Positions 18,294 to 27,288 of a stretch of DNA of 64,000 nucleotides are shown here, piece by piece (position 1 is the stretch's first letter; each line of letters begins with the position of its first letter). A program made the position numbers and the translations under genes. The notes under the pieces are model-generated. The model saw nothing but the letters and a program-made list of their open reading frames with translations, did no database searches and had not been told where the DNA came from. Source of the stretch: Candidatus Omnitrophota bacterium. GTDB taxonomy: Bacteria > Omnitrophota > Gorgyraeia > 1-14-0-20-64-10. The DNA lies in NCBI GenBank assembly GCA_023248155.1, contig JAHFFE010000003.1, positions 108 through 64,107 of the forward strand, given 5' to 3'.

Positions 18294-20161
18294 AAGAAGA
18301 TGGCGGCAAAACCAATCCAGACCATAAACGCGTAGCTCTGAACGCGCCCGGTTTGAATGCGGCGAAGGACCAGCCCGGTGACACCGGTTATTTTAGCCAT
18401 GCCGTTGGCGAACAGGCCCATGATTACATATTTCTCGAACAGGCCGAGGAATACCGCGCCTTGCTGTTGAACGTTCTGGTTTAAGTAGCGGTAAATCTCG
18501 TCGATCCAATATTTACGCGTGAGCGGTGTGGCCAGCCAGGTCAGTTTCTTTTGCGCGGCGGCGGAGGGCTGCATTCCTTTGCTGTAAATCATGAATGCCA
18601 GCGCGAGGCCGCCAATGGCTACAATCGACGAGATGATCGCCACCGTCATGTTGAACTCGACGTGGATGCCGCCATGCGTCGTGTGATGCAAGAATTCCGG
18701 GAAGCCCATGAAACCGCCGAAGATCGTCGGGATCGTTAACAGCATTAAGGGAATGGTCATCGCCCAGGGTGATTCGTGAATGCCGCCATGATGTCCGTGG
18801 GACTCCTCGTGATGATGAACGCGGCTTTCACCGAGAAACGCGATGCTGAACAAGCGGCCCATATAAAAGGCGGTGAGTCCGGCAGTCAGCGTGCCGACGA
18901 GATAAAGAATTTTATTCTGATGAAATGCGACAGCCAGAATTTCGTCCTTGCTCCAGAAACCACTGAGAGGAAAAATTCCGCAGAGTGCCAGTGTTGCCAG
19001 CAGGAATGTCCAGCCGGTGATCGGCATTTTCTTGAGCAGGCCGCCCATTTTCCAGATGTCGTTGCTGTGCACCGCGTGAATCGCCGAACCGGCTCCCAAG
19101 AATAACAGCGCTTTAAAGAAGGCGTGTGTGGTCAGGTGATAGATGCCGGCTGTGTAACCGCCGAGACCAAGCGCCATTACCATATAACCTAGCTGGCTCA
19201 ATGTAGAGAAGGCGAGAATTCGTTTAATGTCGTTCTCGACGAGCGCCATACTCGCGGCGAACAGGGCAGTAAACCCGCCGATCCAGGCAACCATGATCAG
19301 CGCCTGAGGCGCTTCCCAGAATAAGAAATAAGTCCGTGCAATTAAATAAACGCCGGCAGCCACCATCGTGGCGGCATGGATTAATGCGGAAACCGGAGTG
19401 GGGCCTTCCATCGCGTCGGGCAGCCAGACATGCAACGGGAACTGCGCCGATTTACCGAGCACGCCGCAGAAAACCAGCGCCGCGGCAACGGAGAGCGTTG
19501 CACTGGAAATTAATCCGCCATGAACAAATTCCGGAATCCGATGGGCCAGTTCAACAAAGTTGAGTGTTTTTTCGTGTCCGCCGAGGCCGGAGATATTCCA
19601 GAGCGTTAAGATACCGAGTAAAAATCCGAAGTCGGCGATGCGGTTTACCAAAAATGCTTTTTTGCCGGCGGCGGCTGCGCTGGGTTTCTCGTACCAGTAA
19701 CCAATCAACAGATAAGAACTGGCGCCGACGAGTTCCCAGAAAATAAAGAGGCTGACGAAATTATTGGAAAGGACAATGCCGAGCATTGAGAAAGCAAACA
19801 GTGACAGGCAGGCGAAATAACGGGTGTAGCTGCGATCTTCCTTCATATAACCGGTGGAATAGATAAAGACCATTAATCCGACGCCGGTCACCACGAGACT
19901 CATCAAGATGGCCGGTTTATCGAGCAGAAGACCAAACTCCAGCAATAGGCCGGGCAGGTTAATCCAGTTGAGTGAACTTTGAATAATCTGCGGATGTTCG
20001 CCGCCGGCATGCATCAGCGCTTGCAGCGCGCAGACGAAGCTGACTACCAAGCCGCCGATGGCTAATGCGGTGCTGGCCGGTTTTGATTTACGCGCGCCCA
20101 GAACAATGGCCACACAGGCCAGCAGCGGCGCAAACAGTAAAATCCAGGGAAGGGCTACCAC
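18269..20161 (-). CDS. nuoL: NADH-quinone oxidoreductase subunit L
   Basis: ~630-aa antiporter-like subunit (SLFIFWELVGASSYLLIGYWY ...). Present start is probably the GTG at 20161-20159, giving MVALPWILLF. The ORF-track TTG at 20182 lies inside the terminal inverted repeat of the inserted element. Confidence 0.85.
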   Translation of the reverse strand: MVALPWILLFAPLLACVAIVLGARKSKPASTALAIGGLVVSFVCALQALMHAGGEHPQIIQSSLNWINLPGLLLEFGLLLDKPAILMSLVVTGVGLMVFIYSTGYMKEDRSYTRYFACLSLFAFSMLGIVLSNNFVSLFIFWELVGASSYLLIGYWYEKPSAAAAGKKAFLVNRIADFGFLLGILTLWNISGLGGHEKTLNFVELAHRIPEFVHGGLISSATLSVAAALVFCGVLGKSAQFPLHVWLPDAMEGPTPVSALIHAATMVAAGVYLIARTYFLFWEAPQALIMVAWIGGFTALFAASMALVENDIKRILAFSTLSQLGYMVMALGLGGYTAGIYHLTTHAFFKALLFLGAGSAIHAVHSNDIWKMGGLLKKMPITGWTFLLATLALCGIFPLSGFWSKDEILAVAFHQNKILYLVGTLTAGLTAFYMGRLFSIAFLGESRVHHHEESHGHHGGIHESPWAMTIPLMLLTIPTIFGGFMGFPEFLHHTTHGGIHVEFNMTVAIISSIVAIGGLALAFMIYSKGMQPSAAAQKKLTWLATPLTRKYWIDEIYRYLNQNVQQQGAVFLGLFEKYVIMGLFANGMAKITGVTGLVLRRIQTGRVQSYAFMVWIGFAAIFLWVFRWVQ

Positions 20162-20457
20162 CCCGCACCTTTGCCCGCACAAAGACTATGTTCTATGCGA
20201 CCTTTCAACTGTCCGAGTGCTTTTCCATAATATTTAAGCCTATCTTCTCGCAACGAGGCGTCTTTCTCCGACTTGTAAGCTTCATAATAGACTAGTTGGA
20301 TAGGTAAACGATGCTTGGTGGAAGCAGACATTCCGTTCTTATGTTCGTTTATTCTCTTTTGAATATCTGCGGTTCGTCCAATATATAATTTCCCATCCGC
20401 CTCGCTTTTAAGGATGTATACATAGAACATTTGCGGGCAAAGGTGCGGGGCTACCAT
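20155..20457 (-). CDS. GIY-YIG nuclease-domain protein (YhbQ/UPF0213-like)
   Basis: Sequence FYVYILKSEADGKLYIGRTADIQKRINEHKNG ... Y fits the GIY-YIG motif. The ORF-track start at 20457 is the ancestral nuoL ATG; the element-internal start is likely ATG at 20430 (MFYVYIL). The C-terminus runs into the left TIR. Confidence 0.7.
   Translation of the reverse strand: MVAPHLCPQMFYVYILKSEADGKLYIGRTADIQKRINEHKNGMSASTKHRLPIQLVYYEAYKSEKDASLREDRLKYYGKALGQLKGRIEHSLCAGKGAGW
20161..20179. repeat. left terminal inverted repeat of the GIY-YIG mini-element
   Basis: 19/19 reverse-complement match to 20432-20450. Confidence 0.7.
20432..20450. repeat. right terminal inverted repeat of the GIY-YIG mini-element
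   Basis: 19/19 reverse-complement match to 20161-20179. Confidence 0.7.
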
Positions 20458-20762
20458 TTCAGCGCGCGGACCTCATCGGCGTTAATCTTGCCGGTTTTGC
20501 GCGAGAGCAGCAGCGCGATCGCCAGACCGACGGTGACTTCAGCGGCGGCGACGATCATCACAAAGAAAACCATGATCTGTCCGGCGAGATCCCCCTGAAT
20601 ATAAGCGAACGAAACGAACGCCAGGTTGGCGGCCGAAAGCATTAATTCCAGGCTGAGCAGAACCAGAATTAAATTGCGGCGCGTAACTACGCCGACCAGT
20701 CCGATTGTGAACAGGATGATGCTCAAGCCCAGTAGCTGTTGGATAGTGACGATTTCAGACAT
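20451..20762 (-). CDS. nuoK: NADH-quinone oxidoreductase subunit K
   Basis: 103 aa with 3 TM helices (LSLELMLSAANLAFVSF ...). The stop TAG is formed by the right CTACCA copy. Confidence 0.88.
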   Translation of the reverse strand: MSEIVTIQQLLGLSIILFTIGLVGVVTRRNLILVLLSLELMLSAANLAFVSFAYIQGDLAGQIMVFFVMIVAAAEVTVGLAIALLLSRKTGKINADEVRALKW

Positions 20763-21259
20763 CAGAGTTTCTTCTTTGCAAGAACGATGGCGCCGATGAC
20801 GCCGACCAATAACAATATGGAAGCTACTTCAAACGGGAGCGCGTAGATGGTAAATAATTGTTCGCCGACGGCGCGCGTGGTGCCGGTGACGCCGGTCTGG
20901 ATATCGGACAGTTTCTCCGACTGGAATGTATTGATGACGCGGCCGGCCTGCGAGATAAAAAAGAGACCGAACAGTGCCGCTCCGATTAACAGCGCCGGCT
21001 TGCGTGAGCGCAATAATGTTTCCGGCGTGATATCGAGCAGCATCACCACGAACAAGAAGAGGATTAATACCGCGCCGGCATAAACCAGAATTTGGATGAC
21101 CGCGACGAAATAAGCGTTGAGCGCGACGAACAGGGCGGAGAGGGCGAACAGCGTAACGACAAGGCTCAAGATCGCGTAGACAGGATGACGCGCCAGCAGC
21201 ACGCCCAACGCGCCAAAGACCGCGATACCCGCGACCGTATAGAAGAAAAGAGGATCCAT
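20762..21259 (-). CDS. nuoJ: NADH-quinone oxidoreductase subunit J
   Basis: NuoJ-like TM protein. Start taken at MDPLFFYTVAGIAVFGAL (21259) rather than the ORF-track start at 21334. Confidence 0.8.
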   Translation of the reverse strand: MDPLFFYTVAGIAVFGALGVLLARHPVYAILSLVVTLFALSALFVALNAYFVAVIQILVYAGAVLILFLFVVMLLDITPETLLRSRKPALLIGAALFGLFFISQAGRVINTFQSEKLSDIQTGVTGTTRAVGEQLFTIYALPFEVASILLLVGVIGAIVLAKKKL

Positions 21260-21556
21260 TAAGTTGAATTTGAATGAGTAGAAGCGTAAAGGTTGTATTG
21301 TATCAAATGAGCAGATTTTTTGGCAAATATTCATACAGATTGGGTATACTTCCTCTATATGGGGAGAAATATGCGCATTTGGGTGCGTTTTTTATTTGGC
21401 CGAATAAGAAGCCGATTTCAAAACCCTTATTTCCGCTGCAAGGGCAAGGGCTGGGTTGCGCCTTTGTTCTCGCTCCTTGATGTACTGCAAGAGTACACCA
21501 TCGTCGCTCGGCCTCGGCTCACTCCAGCCGTTGTCCTTTCGCGGGGAAACCGGGTC

Positions 21557-23968
21557 TTGAAAGCGGCTTTGAGCGCTTTGCTAATCATTAGCATGGCGCT
21601 GCCGACCCATTTTGCCAACGCACTCCGTCCCACCGGTCTCGAAGAATCGGAACCTACCAGACAACTCTTCCTCCAAAAACTTCGTGGAAATTCCACTGGT
21701 CTTGAAGAGAACAACTACCGGATATCGGTCGATACCGGAGTGAACGGTTTGATGAGGGCGGATAATCGCGCCGGTTATTTAACCGATTTTCGTGATCGGA
21801 TTTCAGCAGCAGGCGGTTTGCTGTGGAATTTAAATGAAAGGCAGCCCTCAGTAAACTCTGAAGAGAGAGCGCGGGTTATGACGGTGGGCTCGCCGGGGTC
21901 TGTCGCGGGACCGGTTTATGGATTCGTACGGTACCGGATTGTGCGGCCCTTTGCCGACGACCCTAGTCGAATGGCAATTCTGATTGAGGATTTGGGCGTG
22001 GATCCAAAGTACGCAGATCAATTGACCGAACGGGGGCTCATTAATCTCGTTAAAGCAAATGTGACTTTGTGGCGCCCGGTTGTGCTAGCGCGCGTTCCGT
22101 TAGTTTCTTCGCAGAGCCGTATTCTGCGGGATGCCGGATTTGTGTCGAATGGACAGGAAGATGCCGAGGAAAATATCTTGATGGCGTACGGCGGTTCGGA
22201 GTGGACTTCGAAGCCAATGAATCTGGAATCGGTTGCTTCGGAACAATCCGTCGATCTTTTGCCAATGGCCGGCTACGCGATTCGTGGGGATAGTTCGTCC
22301 GAGCAGTCTCCCACTCGGGGTGAGTGGAGCTGGTCGGGTGTGGCGCAAACCCAGTGGCCCCAACTGTTACAGATTTTAAACGAGGGCCGGACGGAAGGAC
22401 AGGCGGCTTTTACCTACGAAGATTTGGTTTATCTGCAGAGTGATCGGCAGGTTTCTTCCATGGTTCTTTATCCAAGCGGAGAGCCGGATACGATCGCCGC
22501 CGTGATTCTTTATAACCACGAACAAGAGACGCATCGGATTATTGCGTTCGGCGTCGGGCAGAATTTTCGTGGGCAAGGATTAGGGCAATACCTGCTCGAG
22601 TTGTTTAAAGATCAGGCATTAACGGAAACGCGTCCTAACGCGGATGTGTCTGTTCGCCTTGATACCGGTGGGCAAACGCCTGTATTTTTCAGAACTGCCG
22701 GTTTTACAGCGCCTGCTGCCGGGGTTCAGCCCTCTGAATTTTTAGATACGGGGGATGATGCGGTTTCGATGGGCGTTCGCCGGATTGATCCCGAGTTTTT
22801 GGCGGCGATGACCCGCGCTGGTTTTACCAATTCTGGACAGGAAGAACTTCCTCGCGGGCTGCCGCAAGGGCTTTACGACAGCATGAACGAAATGAATCAG
22901 CTGGGGGTTACTGAACCGACGCCGATGCAGATCGTGCATATCGAAGGGTCTTCTTCGGAAGTGGCTGATGCGCTTAGAGCACAATTGGGTGGATTGTCTC
23001 ATCCGGCGCAAAGAATGAACGGGGTCGGCTTCTTCAAATCATTTCCTCTTGTGACTGTTGAAATAACGCTTCATGGGTCTTATGGTCAGTACCCCCGGGA
23101 AGACCATATGGTACTGATTGCGCCTGCCGGGTGGATCCTTAGCCGTGTGGATCAGCTTCAGCGGGGACAGGTCCCTTTGGAGCTTTATCCGTACAGTCTG
23201 CATTTCATTGTTTTTCCGACGCTTCAGCAGGTCTATTTTAAGGAGATCTCTGTGGGTGTTCGGGAATTTGCCCAGGATAGAATACGCCAGCTTCATGGGA
23301 TGTCTGCCTGGTCAGCCGCTGTCCGGCGGTTGAAGCAAGATTACCCGGGTTACCTGATTGTGGCGGCGACTACGAATCCGATGACAAAGATTTCTTTCCC
23401 GAGAGTTTTTTCTGAGATTCCTCAAGCGGAGCAAGAGGCTGCCATACAGGCGGTTGAGCCTACGCTGACAACCGACATCATCAGTCCCAAAGACATTAGT
23501 GCCATTCAAATTCGCCGGGTTCCACCTGTCAACGCTGGGCAGGAAGAAGGTGCTGTTTTGTTTGAGCCGGCTTCATTTGCAGTGAAGAGCCGGACGCTGG
23601 CTATTTTTACGCCTGAGACGGCTCTGCAGGGCGCCCGCGCATTGCAGTTCATGAATCCAGCGCAGAGAACTCGAATTCAAGTGGCGATTGTTGTGAGCGA
23701 TCGCGAACAGCAATCATTGGTCCAATCTCAGTTGCCGGATTTTGTAGATGTGAGCGAATGGGTGATTGTTTCGGAATATGCCACAAAGAAACTCCAGGAG
23801 CATATTCTGGATCTGCAGATTTCGGCCTGGAGCCGTGGAGCCGATACTTATCTGGTTGAAACCTCGGCTGATCTGCAGGAACTGGCGCTGTTTTTGGGAA
23901 TGCCGCAGCAATATCAGGTCAATTACCTCGAATGGCTTTCCGCTCTATCTGCCGAGAGTTTTGCATAA
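21557..23968 (+). CDS. secreted hypothetical protein containing a GNAT-fold acetyltransferase-like segment
   Basis: A TTG start at 21557 gives a signal peptide MKAALSALLIISMALPTHFANA. The mid-protein GNAT motif is IIAFGVGQNFRGQGLGQYLLELF. There is an internal duplicated motif AGF(V/T)xNGQE(D/E). An alternative upstream ATG lies at 21359/21371. Confidence 0.5.
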   Translation: MKAALSALLIISMALPTHFANALRPTGLEESEPTRQLFLQKLRGNSTGLEENNYRISVDTGVNGLMRADNRAGYLTDFRDRISAAGGLLWNLNERQPSVNSEERARVMTVGSPGSVAGPVYGFVRYRIVRPFADDPSRMAILIEDLGVDPKYADQLTERGLINLVKANVTLWRPVVLARVPLVSSQSRILRDAGFVSNGQEDAEENILMAYGGSEWTSKPMNLESVASEQSVDLLPMAGYAIRGDSSSEQSPTRGEWSWSGVAQTQWPQLLQILNEGRTEGQAAFTYEDLVYLQSDRQVSSMVLYPSGEPDTIAAVILYNHEQETHRIIAFGVGQNFRGQGLGQYLLELFKDQALTETRPNADVSVRLDTGGQTPVFFRTAGFTAPAAGVQPSEFLDTGDDAVSMGVRRIDPEFLAAMTRAGFTNSGQEELPRGLPQGLYDSMNEMNQLGVTEPTPMQIVHIEGSSSEVADALRAQLGGLSHPAQRMNGVGFFKSFPLVTVEITLHGSYGQYPREDHMVLIAPAGWILSRVDQLQRGQVPLELYPYSLHFIVFPTLQQVYFKEISVGVREFAQDRIRQLHGMSAWSAAVRRLKQDYPGYLIVAATTNPMTKISFPRVFSEIPQAEQEAAIQAVEPTLTTDIISPKDISAIQIRRVPPVNAGQEEGAVLFEPASFAVKSRTLAIFTPETALQGARALQFMNPAQRTRIQVAIVVSDREQQSLVQSQLPDFVDVSEWVIVSEYATKKLQEHILDLQISAWSRGADTYLVETSADLQELALFLGMPQQYQVNYLEWLSALSAESFA

Positions 23969-24076
23969 GATTTTCTCGACGAGAATGATGCGTTTTCCCC
24001 GCCTTTATTAATCGGTATAAAAGTTACATAGCCTATTTGATTGACCCTCTGTGCGGCTCACCGATAAGATGAGTTT

Positions 24077-24964
24077 ATGACCACCACACTCCCGGTGTCG
24101 ACAGAACAGCTCCAGCAAATTGCAAAACAAATTCGCAAAGAAATTATTCTGATGTTAACCGCTTCCGGGTCGGGTCATCCGGGCGGATCGCTCTCGATGG
24201 TGGAAATGATCACCGCATTGTTTTTCAGCGCGATGAAGCATGATCCGAAAAATCCGAAATGGGAAGATCGCGACCGGTTTATCTTAAGCAAGGGGCATGG
24301 TTGCCCGGCGGTTTACGCGGCGATGGCGATGACCGGTTATTTTCCGAAAGAATTGCTGCTGACGCTGCGTAAATTGGGCTCGCCGCTGCAGGGCCACCCC
24401 GATACGCGGTTTATGCCGGCGCTGGAAGCCTGCACCGGATCGCTTGGGCAGGGGCTTTCAATCGCTTGCGGCATCGCGCTGGCCGCGCGGATGGATAATA
24501 AGGATACCTGGACTTACTGCCTGACCAGCGACGGTGAATCGGAAGAGGGCCAGGTCTGGGAAGCGGCCGGGTTTGCCGGCTTCCATAAAATGGACCATCT
24601 GATCGCATTACTCGACTACAACAAATTCCAGCTCGATGGCCCCGTCAAAAATATTCTCGATCCGGAACCGTTCAAGGCGAAGTGGGAAGCGTTCCGCTGG
24701 CACGCGCAGGAAATCGACGGCCACGATGTCGGTCAGGTGGTTGAAGCGATTGAAAAAGCCAAATCGGTTAAGGGCCAGCCGCATGTGATCATCTGCAACA
24801 CGATCAAGGGCAAGGGCGTTTCGTTTATGGAGAACAATAATTATTTCCACGGTGTGGCACCCACAGCGGAAGAAGCGAAAGCGGCGCTGGCTGAAATTGA
24901 CGGAGATCCGTCGTTGTCGGAAGCGTTGATTGTCGCCGGTAAGATCAAGAAAGGCGGCAAGTAA
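24077..24964 (+). CDS. transketolase, N-terminal (thiamine-diphosphate-binding) subunit
   Basis: 295 aa (GSGHPGGSLSMVEMITALFF ... GSLGQGLSIACGIALA). Confidence 0.88.
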   Translation: MTTTLPVSTEQLQQIAKQIRKEIILMLTASGSGHPGGSLSMVEMITALFFSAMKHDPKNPKWEDRDRFILSKGHGCPAVYAAMAMTGYFPKELLLTLRKLGSPLQGHPDTRFMPALEACTGSLGQGLSIACGIALAARMDNKDTWTYCLTSDGESEEGQVWEAAGFAGFHKMDHLIALLDYNKFQLDGPVKNILDPEPFKAKWEAFRWHAQEIDGHDVGQVVEAIEKAKSVKGQPHVIICNTIKGKGVSFMENNNYFHGVAPTAEEAKAALAEIDGDPSLSEALIVAGKIKKGGK

Positions 24965-25899
24965 TGGAAATCACTTTGGGGTTAGCCACGCGCGATGCCT
25001 ACGGTCAGGCGCTTACCGAGTTGGGCCGCAAGAATAAGCAGATTGTCGTCCTCGACGGAGATTTGGCTTCTTCCACGCGCACCGGGATGTTCGCCAAAGA
25101 GTTTCCGGAGCGCTTTTTTAACGCCGGTATTGCCGAAACGAACCTGGTGGGGTTGGCCGGCGGTTTGGCGCAGGGCGGAAAAATTCCATTCATCTCGAGT
25201 TTTGCCTGTTTTATGGTTTGCAAGGGATACGATCAGCTGCGGATGGCAGTGGCCGTGCCGCATTTGAATGTGAAAGTAGTCACCTCGCATGGCGGCATCA
25301 GCATCGGCGAGGATGGCGCTTCGCAGCAGTCGATTGAAGATGTCGGTCTGATGGTGACGCTGCCTGGATTTATCGTGGCGGTTCCATCGGACGAGCATTG
25401 CACGCGCGCGCTGGTAACGCAGGCCGCCGAGATTGAAGGCCCTGTGTATATCCGCACCGGCCGTCCGAAGGCGCCGATTCTTTACACGGCCGATGAGAAG
25501 TTTCAGTTTGGCAAAGGTAAATTGATTTCAAAGGGAACCGATGTGACGATTGTCGCCAACGGCTTGCTGGTGGCTGAAGCGTTAGTGGCTGCCGATGAGC
25601 TGGAGAAGGAAGGAATTTCAGCGTCGGTCATTGATATGCATACGATTAAACCGCTGGATGAGGAATTATTAATCGCGCAGGCCAAAGCAACCGGCGCTGT
25701 TGTGACGGCCGAAGAACATCAGGTCTGGGGCGGGCTGGGCGCCGCTGTGGCGCAGTGCCTGTCGAAGAATTACCCGGTGCCGATGCAGTTCGTGGCGATT
25801 CAGGACACTTACGCAGAATCGGCCAAGCCGGAAGAGCTGATGAAAAAGTACGGCCTGACTTCGCAGAAAATCATCGAGGCCGTCAAGAAAGTCTTATAG
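24964..25899 (+). CDS. transketolase, C-terminal (pyrimidine-binding) subunit
   Basis: 311 aa (FFNAGIAETNLVGLAGGLA ...). ATG overlaps the upstream stop. Confidence 0.88.
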   Translation: MEITLGLATRDAYGQALTELGRKNKQIVVLDGDLASSTRTGMFAKEFPERFFNAGIAETNLVGLAGGLAQGGKIPFISSFACFMVCKGYDQLRMAVAVPHLNVKVVTSHGGISIGEDGASQQSIEDVGLMVTLPGFIVAVPSDEHCTRALVTQAAEIEGPVYIRTGRPKAPILYTADEKFQFGKGKLISKGTDVTIVANGLLVAEALVAADELEKEGISASVIDMHTIKPLDEELLIAQAKATGAVVTAEEHQVWGGLGAAVAQCLSKNYPVPMQFVAIQDTYAESAKPEELMKKYGLTSQKIIEAVKKVL

Positions 25900-25901
25900 C
25901 C

Positions 25902-26552
25902 GTGAACCTCTATTTCAAGCAGATAGAGATCGGGCCGATGCAGAATTTTGTTTATCTGATCGGCTCACTCCGCACGCGCGAAGCGGCCGTGGTGGACCCC
26001 GCCTGGAATGTCGATAAAATCCTGAAGGCCGCCGCCGAAGATGAAATGATCATCAAGTCGGTGCTGGTGACGCATACTCATTTCGATCATATCAACGGCG
26101 TTGAGGCGCTTGTGCAGGCCACCGACGCGCAAGTGTTCGTGCATAGCCGGGAAGCCGCAGCCATCCATTTGGAAGATCAGAGCGTCACTTCGGTGGAAGG
26201 CGGCGATGAAATTGTCATCGGCGATCAGAAACTTTCGTTTCTACATACGCCGGGGCATACGCCCGGATCTCTCTGTTTTGAAACGGAAGACCGGCTGGTG
26301 ACCGGCGACACGCTGTTTATCGGCGGATGCGGCCGGTGCGATCTGCCGGGCGGCGATGCCGAGCAGCTGCATAAAAGTCTATCGCGCCTGCACGCGATGA
26401 AAGAATCGCTGGCGATTTATCCGGGGCATAACTACGCGCCGACGCCGTCCTCTTCAATCGGCAACGAAAATAAATACAATCCTTTCTTGATGGCGCCTAC
26501 CGCGCAGGATTTCTTGAATTTGATCGGCGGAGTGAAAAAACGCGGTGGATAA
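25902..26552 (+). CDS. MBL-fold metallo-hydrolase (glyoxalase II-like)
   Basis: VLVTHTHFDHINGVEAL ... HTPGHTPGS ... GDTLFIGGCGR. Probable GTG start at 25902 (VNLYFKQIEIGPMQNFVYLIG). Confidence 0.75.
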   Translation: MNLYFKQIEIGPMQNFVYLIGSLRTREAAVVDPAWNVDKILKAAAEDEMIIKSVLVTHTHFDHINGVEALVQATDAQVFVHSREAAAIHLEDQSVTSVEGGDEIVIGDQKLSFLHTPGHTPGSLCFETEDRLVTGDTLFIGGCGRCDLPGGDAEQLHKSLSRLHAMKESLAIYPGHNYAPTPSSSIGNENKYNPFLMAPTAQDFLNLIGGVKKRGG

Positions 26553-26892
26553 AATTATCATTGAAGCGCTGGAATGCTACGCGCGCGTGGGTGTGCCGGA
26601 GGCCGAGCGTGAAATGCCGCAAAAAATCTTGATTGATATTGAATTGTTTTTGGATTTAAAGGACGCCGGCCGTTCTGACTCGATTACGCATACGCTCGAT
26701 TACGCCGCGGTGGCGGATCGGGCGAAACAAATTTGCGCGTCAAAGCCATTTTTGCTGGTAGAAGCGCTGGCCGAAGCGATTGCCGATGCCGTACTGTGGG
26801 AATTCCGCCCGAAGGAACTGAAATTGCGCGCCCGGAAATTTTCGGTGCCGGGCACCGCGTCGGTCGGGGTCGAGATTACTCGCGGTAAGTAG
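26545..26892 (+). CDS. folB: dihydroneopterin aldolase
   Basis: 115 aa (IIIEALECYARVGVPEAEREMPQKILIDIELFLD). Confidence 0.8.
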   Translation: MDKIIIEALECYARVGVPEAEREMPQKILIDIELFLDLKDAGRSDSITHTLDYAAVADRAKQICASKPFLLVEALAEAIADAVLWEFRPKELKLRARKFSVPGTASVGVEITRGK

Positions 26893-27277
26893 CGAACGAG
26901 TTCGGTGTTTCCCAAAGCCGGATCTCAGTGACGGGGAACCCTTCGGTTTTCGCGTGATCGAAAATGAACTTCGCGATTGTTTCGGCGGTCGGATTTGATT
27001 TGAGAATAAAGAACGGTTCTTTTGACTGAGCAAGAACCGGCACCAGCGGGTCGGCTTCATTGAGAATAAGTTTATGGTCGAGTGTGTTGTCGATCCAGGT
27101 TTGCAGCCGCTGTTTGACCTCGTTGAAATCCATCACCATGCCGCGGTGGTCGAGCGCCGTTTTGGAAAGTTCCACTTCGGCCTTGGCGTTGTGGCCGTGC
27201 AGGTATTTGCATTTGCCTTCGTAATTGAGCAGGCGGTGGCCGTAACAGAAGTGAATGATTCGCGTGACGCAGTACAT
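26876..27277 (-). CDS. queD: 6-carboxytetrahydropterin synthase / 6-pyruvoyl-tetrahydropterin synthase family
   Basis: 133 aa with the motif FCYGHRLLNYEGKCKYLHGHN. The 3' end overlaps folB by 17 nt. Confidence 0.8.
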   Translation of the reverse strand: MYCVTRIIHFCYGHRLLNYEGKCKYLHGHNAKAEVELSKTALDHRGMVMDFNEVKQRLQTWIDNTLDHKLILNEADPLVPVLAQSKEPFFILKSNPTAETIAKFIFDHAKTEGFPVTEIRLWETPNSFATYRE

Positions 27278-27288
27278 GGACTCATCTT

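Larger units (their letters stand above)
20161..20450. mobile_element. ~290-bp AT-rich insertion with 19-bp perfect terminal inverted repeats and 6-bp CTACCA target-site duplication, carrying a GIY-YIG ORF
   Basis: Left TIR at 20161-20179 (ccccgcacctttgcccgca) is the exact reverse complement of 20432-20450. Direct repeat CTACCA sits at 20155-20160 and 20451-20456. An inner imperfect IR (atgttctatg 20188-20197 / catagaacat 20421-20430) is also present. Interior GC is clearly lower than in the flanking nuoK/nuoL. Confidence 0.6.

Noticed and set aside
20155-20457. GIY-YIG ORF as a classical free-standing homing endonuclease
   Set aside because: It is only ~90-100 aa (catalytic domain alone, no DNA-binding extension), and the locus shows terminal inverted repeats plus a 6-bp target-site duplication, which points to a transposition-like insertion rather than homing.
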